Assembly: GCA_034440115.1 (NCBI GenBank) | Contig: JAWXBM010000107.1 | Location: 947 to 64,946 of the forward strand | DNA: 64,000 bases | Origin: Lysobacterales bacterium | Lineage (GTDB): Bacteria > Pseudomonadota > Gammaproteobacteria > Xanthomonadales > SZUA-36 | Direction: 5' to 3' | Shown here: in pieces, positions 10,559 through 18,778 of the stretch | Layout: each line of letters opens with the position of its first letter | Numbering within the stretch: position 1 is the first letter of the stretch | Notes under the pieces: generated by a model | What the model was told of the DNA's origin: nothing | Databases searched by the model: none | What the model saw: only the letters and a program-made list of their open reading frames with translations | Translations under genes and position numbers: made by a program

Positions 10559-11530
10559 ATGTCGAAAGTTGAGCGGCTATACCACCTGCATAACATCCTG
10601 AATCAGCGGCGTACACCGATTTCGCGGCAGGATCTGATGGAGCGGCTGGAATGTTCACAGGCGACTCTGTACCGTCTGGTCGGTGAGTTGCGGGATTTTC
10701 TCGGCGCGCCGATTGAGCAGGATGCCGACAACCGGGGTTTTTATTACGATCGCGGCTTGGATCAGCCCTTCGACTTGCCGGGTATCTGGATCAGTCCTGC
10801 CGAACTGCAAGCTCTGCTGACTGCCCGCCAGGTGCTGGGCAATGTGCAACCGGGTTTGCTGGAAGGTGAGCTGGAATCCCTGCAGGGGCGCATTACTGCT
10901 TTGCTGCGGCAGAAGGGCATCGAGGCCGAGGGCGGAGATTCGCGTATCCATATCCAGAGTGCTGCATCTCGAGCAGTTCCCGCTCGTATGTTCCAGGACA
11001 TACTGGCTGCACTGATCAAACGTCAGCGTCTGCAGATCAGTTATCACGGGCGGCGCAAAGATGAAGTCAGCGAGCGCAGCATCTCACCGCAACGCTTGAC
11101 CCAATATCGTAATTCCTGGTATCTGGATGCCTGGTGCCATGATGCCAATGGTTTGAGAAGCTTTGCATTAGAACGGGTCCGTGAGCAAAAGCTGCTGGAT
11201 GAGATGGCTAAAGAGGTTAGTGACAAGGACCTGGCTGCTCACTTTGATCGTTCTTACGGCATTTTTTCCGGGCCGGCAGAGCATATTGCGGAGCTGCGTT
11301 TCAGCCAGGAAATGTCGCGCTGGGTGGCCGATGAATCATGGCATCCGGATCAGCAAGGTTCATGTGATACAGAAGGACGTTGGCTACTGAAATTACCCTT
11401 CAGCAGTGCCCGCGAACTGGTCATGGACATCCTGCGCTATGGCAGCGATGTGGAAGTGCTGGCACCTGACTTTCTGCGGGATATCGTCGTCGAAGTTGCT
11501 CAGCGTACAGTGGAACAATACAAGACTTAG
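10559..11530 (+). CDS. HTH + WYL domain transcriptional regulator (YafY family)
   Basis: N-terminal HTH 'ISRQDLMERLECSQATLYRLVGELR' and a central WYL domain 'ISYHGRRKDEVSERSISPQRLTQYRNSWYLDAWCHDANGLRSFALERV'. Confidence 0.8.
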   Translation: MSKVERLYHLHNILNQRRTPISRQDLMERLECSQATLYRLVGELRDFLGAPIEQDADNRGFYYDRGLDQPFDLPGIWISPAELQALLTARQVLGNVQPGLLEGELESLQGRITALLRQKGIEAEGGDSRIHIQSAASRAVPARMFQDILAALIKRQRLQISYHGRRKDEVSERSISPQRLTQYRNSWYLDAWCHDANGLRSFALERVREQKLLDEMAKEVSDKDLAAHFDRSYGIFSGPAEHIAELRFSQEMSRWVADESWHPDQQGSCDTEGRWLLKLPFSSARELVMDILRYGSDVEVLAPDFLRDIVVEVAQRTVEQYKT

Positions 11531-11536
11531 GTTCAC

Positions 11537-11700
11537 CAATGCGTCATCCCGGGCTCTCACTGCGTCATCCCGGCCTCTCACTGCGTCATCCCGGGCTCTC
11601 ACTGCGTCATCCCGGCCTCTCACTGCGTCATCCCGGGCTCTCACTGCGTCATCCCGGGCTCTCACTGCGTCATCCCGGACCTGATCCGGGATCCAACACC
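11537..11700. repeat. 21-bp tandem minisatellite (6 full units) ending in a REP-like half-palindrome
   Basis: Units 'CACTGCGTCATCCCGG[G/C]CTCT' begin at 11537, 11558, 11579, 11600, 11621 and 11642. The final unit, from 11663, continues as 'CACTGCGTCATCCCGGACCTGATCCGGGATCCAACACC'. The array starts 7 nt after the stop of the WYL gene. Confidence 0.9.
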
Positions 11701-11901
11701 CGCTGAATAGTGCCCGTTGCTGTTCCCCCGGCTCGTTTCACGGCCCTGTATCTCCGCGTAAACTGCTTGCGGCTGCCATCACAAAGATTGGGCTGTCAAG
11801 TCTTTGATCGAGATTCCATAATGTTTCAGGAATATATAACCTGAGTAGTATCGAGCCCGAGTGCTGACAATATATGATCAGGGCTGAAAAGGAGAACTAC
11901 C

Positions 11902-13149
11902 ATGAGTACAATGCACCCGGAACTGTTCAACCTCACGATGTCCGCCGAGGCTCAGCCACTGCTCGACGCAGTCAAGCGCCATATCGCAGACCATGTCGAC
12001 CCCATTACCGAAGAGTTTTTTTCGCTTAATGTGGGCAAGGAAAACCGCTGGAGTTATACACCACGGCAATTGGAGTTGCTTGAGGGTGCCAAGAGCAAAG
12101 CGAAGGAAGCTGGTTTGTGGAATTTTTTCCTGCCTGATGCCGGATCCGGCGAGGGGCTGAATAATCTGGACTATGCCTACATCGCGGTTGAACTGGGCAA
12201 GAGTCCGCTGGCCTCGGAAAGTCTCAACTGCAGTGCTCCTGACACCGGCAATATGGAAGTGCTGGAACGTGTGGGAACGGCGGAGCAAAAGCAACGTTGG
12301 TTGAAACCGCTGCTGGCGGGTGAAATCCGTTCCGCTTATGCCATGACTGAACCAGCAGTGGCTTCGTCCGATGCGACCAACATCTGTACTTCGGCGGTGC
12401 TGGAGGGTGGCGAGTGGGTAATAAACGGTGAGAAGTATTACATCTCCGGCGCCGGTGACCCACGTTGCAGGATCATGATCACCATGGTCAAGACCAGTCC
12501 GGATGCCAAGCCGTTTTACCAACAGTCGCAGATCCTGGTGCCCATGGACACGCCCGGGGTCGAAATCGTCGGGCCGATGCATGCCTTTGGCGAAGATTCC
12601 GCGCCTCACGGACATATGCACATCCGTTTCAAGAATGTTCGAGTACCTGAGGAAAACATACTGCTTGGCGAAGGCCGTGGCTTCGAGATCTCGCAGTTGC
12701 GTTTGGGCCCGGGCCGTATCCACCATTGCATGCGTTCTATCGGCCAGGCGGAAAAAGCGCTGGAGTTGATGGTCAAACGCGCCAGTACCCGTATCGCGTT
12801 CGGTAAACCGATTGTCAAGTTGGGCAAAAACCTCGAGGTGGTAGCCCGTGCGCGCATCGAAATCGATGCCTGCCGCTTGATGGTGCTACAGGCAGCCAAA
12901 GCCATGGACGTGTTGGGTAACAAGGAAGCGCGCATCTATGTGAGCGCGATCAAAGCGATGGTTCCGGAAAAAGTTTGCAAGATCATCGACCAAGCCATCC
13001 AGATGCACGGGGCAACCGGGCTTTCAGAATGGACGCCGCTGGCCAGCATGTACACCTCTCAGCGCACTCTGCGTTTTGCCGACGGGCCGGATGAAGTGCA
13101 TCACATGGTGGTCGGGCGTAATGAGGTTCGAAAATACGGGTTGTGGTAG
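11902..13149 (+). CDS. Acyl-CoA dehydrogenase family protein
   Basis: 415 aa with a strong SD (AAAGGAGAA). ACAD features include 'YAMTEPAVASSDATNI', 'WVINGEKYYISGAGD' and a C-terminal 'ADGPDEVH'. Confidence 0.88.
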   Translation: MSTMHPELFNLTMSAEAQPLLDAVKRHIADHVDPITEEFFSLNVGKENRWSYTPRQLELLEGAKSKAKEAGLWNFFLPDAGSGEGLNNLDYAYIAVELGKSPLASESLNCSAPDTGNMEVLERVGTAEQKQRWLKPLLAGEIRSAYAMTEPAVASSDATNICTSAVLEGGEWVINGEKYYISGAGDPRCRIMITMVKTSPDAKPFYQQSQILVPMDTPGVEIVGPMHAFGEDSAPHGHMHIRFKNVRVPEENILLGEGRGFEISQLRLGPGRIHHCMRSIGQAEKALELMVKRASTRIAFGKPIVKLGKNLEVVARARIEIDACRLMVLQAAKAMDVLGNKEARIYVSAIKAMVPEKVCKIIDQAIQMHGATGLSEWTPLASMYTSQRTLRFADGPDEVHHMVVGRNEVRKYGLW

Positions 13150-13257
13150 TTCAATAAACGCAAGCTGCGCCGCGTTACCTTCAGCGGTGATCGTCCGCTA
13201 TACCAGCTTGAATAAAATATGCCAGGGAATTTTTGGACCTTTTTTGTTTTGCCATTC

Positions 13258-13403
13258 CGAATTCTTTATTTCGTCCTCCCGAATTATTTTTATTTCGTCC
13301 TCCCGGGCCTGACCCGGCAACCACACCACTCCGTCATCCCGGGCCTGACCCGGGATCCAATACCACGTCAATTATGGATCCCGGCTCGGAGGCCGGGATG
13401 ACG
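13258..13403. repeat. Composite REP-like element: tandem short repeats plus a ~72-bp imperfect palindrome
   Basis: Tandem 'CCGAATT(C/A)TTT..ATTTCGTCCTC' x2 comes first. Then 'CGTCCTCCCGGGCCTGACCCGGCAACCACACC', then 'CGTCATCCCGGGCCTGACCCGGGATCCAATACC...TTATGGATCCCGGCTCGGAGGCCGGGATGACG' with inverted arms. The motif is the same as at 11663-11700. Confidence 0.85.
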
Positions 13404-13485
13404 CCCTAGAGGACACACTGGCAACTTTCTCATGCTTTGAGAAGAGCAGGTGCTTTGATGTACCCACGCACTAAGGAGTACATCC

Positions 13486-13821
13486 ATGAACCTGTCACTT
13501 TATTTATTGCTGGCGCCTTCTGCCGATACTGAACAGCCTTCGGGAGTTGACCAGCAGCCCAGGCAAAAGGCCAAGCAAATAGTTGGGCCGAAAGCTAGAC
13601 AAGATTTTGTTCCGGTATACAACCCGCTCCAAACCAGCAGAGCCGGAAGCAGACGTCTGGTTCAGGCCACTCGCAAACCCATTCTTGCTCCAGCGAGCAA
13701 GGCAACCACCTTCCAGTCCATTGGGTTTGGCATGTCAGTTGTCGCCCATGCCCTGGGCTTTCTCACCATAACGGCTGCAGCCCTGTTGCTACTGCGAGTG
13801 GCCGAAATGAGTTTGATCTGA
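13486..13821 (+). CDS. Hypothetical small protein with a C-terminal hydrophobic helix (doubtful)
   Basis: 111-aa ORF with a good SD (AAGGAG 7 nt upstream of the ATG) and the C-terminal segment 'VVAHALGFLTITAAALLLLRV'. I recognise no family. It sits in a repeat-rich convergent intergenic gap. Confidence 0.3.
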   Translation: MNLSLYLLLAPSADTEQPSGVDQQPRQKAKQIVGPKARQDFVPVYNPLQTSRAGSRRLVQATRKPILAPASKATTFQSIGFGMSVVAHALGFLTITAAALLLLRVAEMSLI

Positions 13822-13860
13822 ATCTTTTCTATCCGGTTTGTCCTTGTGCGGAAGCAGAAG

Positions 13861-15387
13861 CTATGCAGCAGCAGACTCTTGAGCGACTGCCAGCATGGGG
13901 CCTTTCAAAAGGGCCTGCCGGGTAGCGGCTATGATCAGGTCGACCTCGGCAGAGGTGATGCGGAAATGGGGTGTATAGCGCAAAGCGTTGTGGCCACCGT
14001 GGATCACGTTGCAACCCTGGATGCGCATGTATTCCTCGGTGGAATCGGCGCCATAACATTTGTACAGCTTGCTGTTGAGCTCCAGGCTGAACAACAGGCC
14101 CGTACCCTGCACACGCGTGATGCGATCACCGAGTTCTTTCTGCAAAGCGGTGAGTTTTTCCACAAACTCCCGACCGCGCTCAACAATGTTTTTGCGTATT
14201 TCCGGGGTCAATGCTTGCAACACCGCACAGCCCACGTCCATGGCGCGTGGATTGGTGGTCATGGTGTTGCCATAAATGCCCTTGCGATACAGCCCCGCAG
14301 CAGGTTGGCTTAAGGCCAGCACCGACAAGGGGTACTGGCCGGCATTGAGCGACTTGGAGTAGGTTTCCATATCCGGCGGAATGGCATCCTGGAAACCGGG
14401 GTAGTCAATAATGGACAACACACCATGCGCCCGCAGGCCGGCCTGGATGGAATCTACCATCATCAAGCAGCCATGCTCGGTAGTGAGTTCACGGACGGCA
14501 TCGTAGAATTCACGACTGATGGCCTGGCCCGGGTTTCCCTCACCCATGACCGGTTCCATGAAGAAGGACTCGATGAACACATTACTGGTTTTAGCCCAAT
14601 CAAAAATCTGCCGAAGTTGTTCGACGTTGTTGGGCTCAACCGTCAGCAATCGATCCTGGTCACGGAAGCTGGCCAGGTGGCGCACATAGGTTTGCCGGCT
14701 GGAGTCAGAGAATTGTGCAGGCCGGTCCGTGCGGCCATGGAAACCGCCACAAAGACTGGCCATGCGAATGGTCTTATTGGCGTGTCGGCCACCTGGGTCG
14801 GTCATGAGTTTGGCGTTTACGTCGGAAATTCGGGCAGCCAGGCCGACGGCCTCAGAGCCACTGTTGAGGCACAGGAATTGATTCAAGGGGCAACCATCAC
14901 TGCGGGTATGGCCGATTTCTTTGACCAGGGCATCGTGCAAACGCTTCTGACTGATGTTCGGTGTCATGACGTTGGCCATAACCTGTTGCTGATTCATGGC
15001 CTGCAGGATTTCTGCAGGCGCATGGCCCAGACCCAACATGCCGTAACCGCCCGAGTCATGGATGACCGCACCTTTCATGGTGATGATCCACGGGCCTCGA
15101 CCAGCCAGTGCGGAGTAGGGCTTCACTGCATCTTCGGGGTAAAAATTGATAAATCCCTGTTGGATGGAAGCAATCTGGCTGTCTTCATCCAAAGCCATAA
15201 AATCAGGATCTTCGTTGCACAACTGGTGGAAGCGGGTTACGGCTGCATCAACCGCTTCCTCCAGCCGGTGGTCCAAGGCAGCAAAGCGCACAATGATGGC
15301 ATCAGCCAAACCACTGGTTTGTGCCTCACCGCCAAATTCACGTAATTCCCGCAATTTCTCAACAATGGGCAGGTTTTGAGTACCCAT
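13861..15387 (-). CDS. Class III (omega-type) PLP-dependent aminotransferase with an N-terminal extension
   Basis: 508 aa. Contains 'LNSGSEAVGLAARI', 'GGFHGRT', 'MMVDSIQAGLRAHG' and 'YSKSLNAGQYPLS' (putative PLP lysine). Confidence 0.82.
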   Translation of the reverse strand: MGTQNLPIVEKLRELREFGGEAQTSGLADAIIVRFAALDHRLEEAVDAAVTRFHQLCNEDPDFMALDEDSQIASIQQGFINFYPEDAVKPYSALAGRGPWIITMKGAVIHDSGGYGMLGLGHAPAEILQAMNQQQVMANVMTPNISQKRLHDALVKEIGHTRSDGCPLNQFLCLNSGSEAVGLAARISDVNAKLMTDPGGRHANKTIRMASLCGGFHGRTDRPAQFSDSSRQTYVRHLASFRDQDRLLTVEPNNVEQLRQIFDWAKTSNVFIESFFMEPVMGEGNPGQAISREFYDAVRELTTEHGCLMMVDSIQAGLRAHGVLSIIDYPGFQDAIPPDMETYSKSLNAGQYPLSVLALSQPAAGLYRKGIYGNTMTTNPRAMDVGCAVLQALTPEIRKNIVERGREFVEKLTALQKELGDRITRVQGTGLLFSLELNSKLYKCYGADSTEEYMRIQGCNVIHGGHNALRYTPHFRITSAEVDLIIAATRQALLKGPMLAVAQESAAA

Positions 15388-15502
15388 AAAACAGACTCCT
15401 GTGTAAACAACAACACGGACCGGTAAACAGCAATGGGGCCCGCGCGCTTAATAGATTCAAGCTGTGCAGAATACCATAGGGCCTATGGTTTACAGAAACT
15501 GC

Positions 15503-16642
15503 TCAAGCTTTACGCTTATGTTCAGCCAGGGCCCACTGCACATGTTCCAGCACCATTTCCAGCGGATGATCCAGGCGCGCCTTCAGGCCGTTAATGATGT
15601 TTGGAGTCGATGGAGCATTGCCCAGGGCCACAGCAATATTGCGCAGCCAGCAGGCGTGCCCAATGCGGCGGATGGCACTGCCTTCGGTGCGTTGTAAAAA
15701 TTCTTCCTCGCTCCAACTGAACAACTCCAGCAATTGCGCCGCATCCAGCCCGGGTCGGGGTGCAAAATCATCTTCCCGGCTGAATTCAGCATAACGATTC
15801 CACGGACAGACAAACTGGCAATCATCACAGCCAAAGATACGATTGCCCATCAAAGGTCGCAATTCAACTGGAATGGATTCACGTAATTCTATGGTCAGGT
15901 AAGAAATGCAGCGTCTGGCATCAACGCGATAGGGAGAAATGATGGCCTGGGTCGGGCATATGTCCAGGCAGCGCGTGCAACTGCCACAGTGATTGTTCAC
16001 CGGCTGGTCGATGGGTAAGGGCAGATTGGTGTAAATCTCACCGAGAAAAAACCAGCTACCTGCGTCCTTGTTCAGCAGATTGCTGTGTTTGCCTATCCAG
16101 CCCAGTCCGGCCTTGGCCGCCAGGGCTTTTTCCAGCACTGGCGCGGAATCGACCAACACGCGATAGCCGAAAGTCCCGATCGATTGTTCGATGCGGCTGG
16201 CCAGTTTTTGCAAACGCTGACGCATCAGCTTGTGGTAGTCGCGGCCCAGCGCATAGCGGGATATCAGTGCCTGCTCTGGTTGCTGCAGCAAGTGCTCTGC
16301 AGATTCTGCCTGCTCCGACAAATAGTCCATCCGCACACTGATCACGCGCAGAGTGCCCGGCAGCAGTTCAGCCGGGCGGCTGCGGCGTGTGCTGTGGCGC
16401 TGCATATATGACATCTGCCCATGCAGCCCTTGTTGCAGCCAATCCAGCAAATACTGCTCGTGCTCCTGCAGGTCGATGTCAGCAACGCCCAGTTGCTGAA
16501 AACCCAGTTCTGAGCCCCAGCGTTGAATGTCTGACTTTAATTCCTGCAGCTTTTCCTCAGGCCAGCCAGCTACCTTTCCGGCGCCTGGCAGAACGGTAGT
16601 CGTTGCAGAGTTGTTTTGTCGATGGGGTTTTGTGCGATTCAT
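15503..16642 (-). CDS. queG: tRNA epoxyqueuosine(34) reductase
   Basis: 'IQRWGSELGFQQLGVADIDL', Fe-S motifs 'CGSCTRCLDICPT' and 'CDDCQFVCPWN'. Divergent from nnr as in E. coli (yjeS/yjeF). The start is ATG at 16642 or 16660. Confidence 0.9.
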   Translation of the reverse strand: MNRTKPHRQNNSATTTVLPGAGKVAGWPEEKLQELKSDIQRWGSELGFQQLGVADIDLQEHEQYLLDWLQQGLHGQMSYMQRHSTRRSRPAELLPGTLRVISVRMDYLSEQAESAEHLLQQPEQALISRYALGRDYHKLMRQRLQKLASRIEQSIGTFGYRVLVDSAPVLEKALAAKAGLGWIGKHSNLLNKDAGSWFFLGEIYTNLPLPIDQPVNNHCGSCTRCLDICPTQAIISPYRVDARRCISYLTIELRESIPVELRPLMGNRIFGCDDCQFVCPWNRYAEFSREDDFAPRPGLDAAQLLELFSWSEEEFLQRTEGSAIRRIGHACWLRNIAVALGNAPSTPNIINGLKARLDHPLEMVLEHVQWALAEHKRKA

Positions 16643-16658
16643 CGCTATAATTTTAACC

Positions 16659-18164
16659 ATGAGAAGCCAAGCTGACCGATTGTATACCGCCCAGCAAGTG
16701 CAGTTGCTGGATCAGAGCGCCATCGAAGCGCACGGTATTCCGGGAATTGTGTTGATGGAGCGAGCAGGCCAATCGGTTTTCACCGCTGCTTGCGAACATT
16801 TTCCAAAAAGTACCCATTGGCTGGTGTTTTGTGGTGCAGGCAATAATGGTGGTGATGGCTATGTGCTGGCGAGGCTGGCGCAGCAGGCAGGAATCAAGGT
16901 AACCATCTGTGCGCTCAAACCCGCCAAAGCATTGCAGGGTGATGCAGCAACCGCCGCACAAAGTTGGCTGGAAACGGGTGGTCAAATACATCCCTGGCCA
17001 CCGGCGGCTGAATCCGCACCCGACCTGATCTTTGATGCATTGCTGGGTACCGGTCTGGACCGCAAACCCGAAGGTGACTTCGCCAGCGCCATCAGTTGGA
17101 TGAATCAGAATCCTGCGCCGGTTATCGCGCTGGATATTCCTTCCGGTCTGAATGCCGATAGCGGTGTCCCTATGGGCGACGCAGTGAAGGCGGTTTTGAC
17201 CGTCACGTTTATCGGTAATAAACGGGGTTTGTACACGGCGGACGGTCCGGACCACTGCGGCCAAGTTCAGTACAGCGCACTGCAAACGCCCGCTTCAGTG
17301 CAGGAATCCATCAAGGATTCCGGCATCCTGATTCGCCAAAACATCGTCGGGTATCTGTTACCGCGCCGGCCCAGGAACAGCCATAAAGGCTCGTTTGGCT
17401 GGGTGCTGGGCATCGGCGGCAACAGCCATATGAGTGGCGCAGTGCGGCTTTGCGGCGAAGCGGCTTTGCGCAGTGGTGCCGGCAAGGTCACTCTGGCTAC
17501 CATTCCAGAGCATGCGGCCATGGTCAATTTGACCTGCCCGGAGTTGATGGTGCGCGGTGTGAAAAAGGGCAAGGAACTGAGCAGCTTGTTGGAGCAGGTG
17601 AATGCCTGTGTGGTGGGTACCGGCCTGGGGCAAACCTCCTGGTCGGAAGATTTGTTCCACACCTGCTTGAAGTCCACGGCACCCATGGTGCTGGATGCAG
17701 ACGGTCTGAACATACTGGCCCGGCACCATCCGGTGGGTATACGCCATAACCGATTGCCGCGAGGCAATTGGATACTGACACCCCATCCTGCGGAAGCCGG
17801 CAGATTGCTGGATTGCACTGCAAGAGAAATCCAACAGGATCGCGTATCAGCAGCGCAACGCATTGCTGAAGCCTATGACGCGATTGTGGTGCTCAAAGGT
17901 TGTGGCACGGTTATTTCGCGACCCGATGGGTTTTACGCCATTTGCCCGTTGGGAAACCCGGGTATGGCTACGGCGGGTACCGGTGATGTGTTGGCCGGTG
18001 TTATTGGTGCCATGCTGGCGCAGGGGTTGTCAGCCTGGGAGGGTGCCATGCTGGGCGTGGTGGCACATGCCCATGCTGGTGATCTGGCGGCAGCTCAAAT
18101 CGGCGAACGTGGCATGATTGCATCAGACATAATCGCCCGCTTGCCTGCTGTACTGAATCCTTGA
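16659..18164 (+). CDS. nnr: Bifunctional NAD(P)H-hydrate repair enzyme (epimerase/ADP-dependent dehydratase)
   Basis: The ORF opens at 16527. I chose the ATG at 16659 ('MRSQADRLYTAQQVQLLDQ'). Contains YjeF-N 'CGAGNNGGDGYVLAR' and a C-terminal 'GMATAGTGDVLAGVIGA'. Confidence 0.9.
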   Translation: MRSQADRLYTAQQVQLLDQSAIEAHGIPGIVLMERAGQSVFTAACEHFPKSTHWLVFCGAGNNGGDGYVLARLAQQAGIKVTICALKPAKALQGDAATAAQSWLETGGQIHPWPPAAESAPDLIFDALLGTGLDRKPEGDFASAISWMNQNPAPVIALDIPSGLNADSGVPMGDAVKAVLTVTFIGNKRGLYTADGPDHCGQVQYSALQTPASVQESIKDSGILIRQNIVGYLLPRRPRNSHKGSFGWVLGIGGNSHMSGAVRLCGEAALRSGAGKVTLATIPEHAAMVNLTCPELMVRGVKKGKELSSLLEQVNACVVGTGLGQTSWSEDLFHTCLKSTAPMVLDADGLNILARHHPVGIRHNRLPRGNWILTPHPAEAGRLLDCTAREIQQDRVSAAQRIAEAYDAIVVLKGCGTVISRPDGFYAICPLGNPGMATAGTGDVLAGVIGAMLAQGLSAWEGAMLGVVAHAHAGDLAAAQIGERGMIASDIIARLPAVLNP

Positions 18165-18646
18165 GTAATCCCAACAGGTGGGAAGCCGGCCGGGTGTGGC
18201 AATTGCCCGACGAAGCAGCCTTAAGGCAATTGGCCCTGGCCTTTGGTCGTTGCCTGCGCGCACCTCTGGTGATTTACCTGCAAGGCGATCTGGGGTCGGG
18301 CAAAACCACTTTTGCCCGGGCGCTGATACAAGGTCTGGGTTATTCGGGCCGGGTCAAAAGCCCGACCTATGGCTTGCTGGAAAGTTACCAGGTTGGTGGT
18401 TTTGATTTTTTGCATCTGGACCTTTATCGCATTGAAAACCCTGCAGAATTGGAATATTTGGCTATTTCCGAGCAGTTTACCGAAAACGGTGTTCTGCTGA
18501 TTGAATGGCCAGAGAAAGCCTTGGAAACCTTGCCTGCCGCGGACATTCGCATGATTTTCAAAGAATCAGGGGAAATCCGCAGTATAGAGTTCGAAGTCAA
18601 CAGCGAAATGGGCCTGAAAGTGATTGGCTCGTTGAAATCAGCTTGA
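18161..18646 (+). CDS. tsaE: tRNA threonylcarbamoyladenosine biosynthesis protein TsaE
   Basis: P-loop 'GDLGSGKTTFARALIQGLG' and 'SPTYGLLESY'. The TTG start overlaps the nnr stop. Confidence 0.9.
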   Translation: MSNPNRWEAGRVWQLPDEAALRQLALAFGRCLRAPLVIYLQGDLGSGKTTFARALIQGLGYSGRVKSPTYGLLESYQVGGFDFLHLDLYRIENPAELEYLAISEQFTENGVLLIEWPEKALETLPAADIRMIFKESGEIRSIEFEVNSEMGLKVIGSLKSA

Positions 18647-18778
18647 TTTTCACAATTTCTGGCAAATCTCCTTTCTAGTTTAGTTATCTATCTAGCGGTT
18701 TTTTAAGTGAAAGTATTGCATTTTCATGATTAAAACTTCATGATTGGACAAACGGAGAGGAAGCTTCACGGAGCAAGT

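Noticed and set aside
11393-11684. Possible CRISPR array or repeat-protein genes (ORFs 11393-11665 minus and 11406-11684 plus) over the 21-bp repeats
   Set aside because: The units are directly adjacent with no spacers and are only 21 bp long, so this is not a CRISPR array. The ORFs are open only because the period is a multiple of 3. They have no RBS or plausible start context and encode pure heptad low-complexity sequence.
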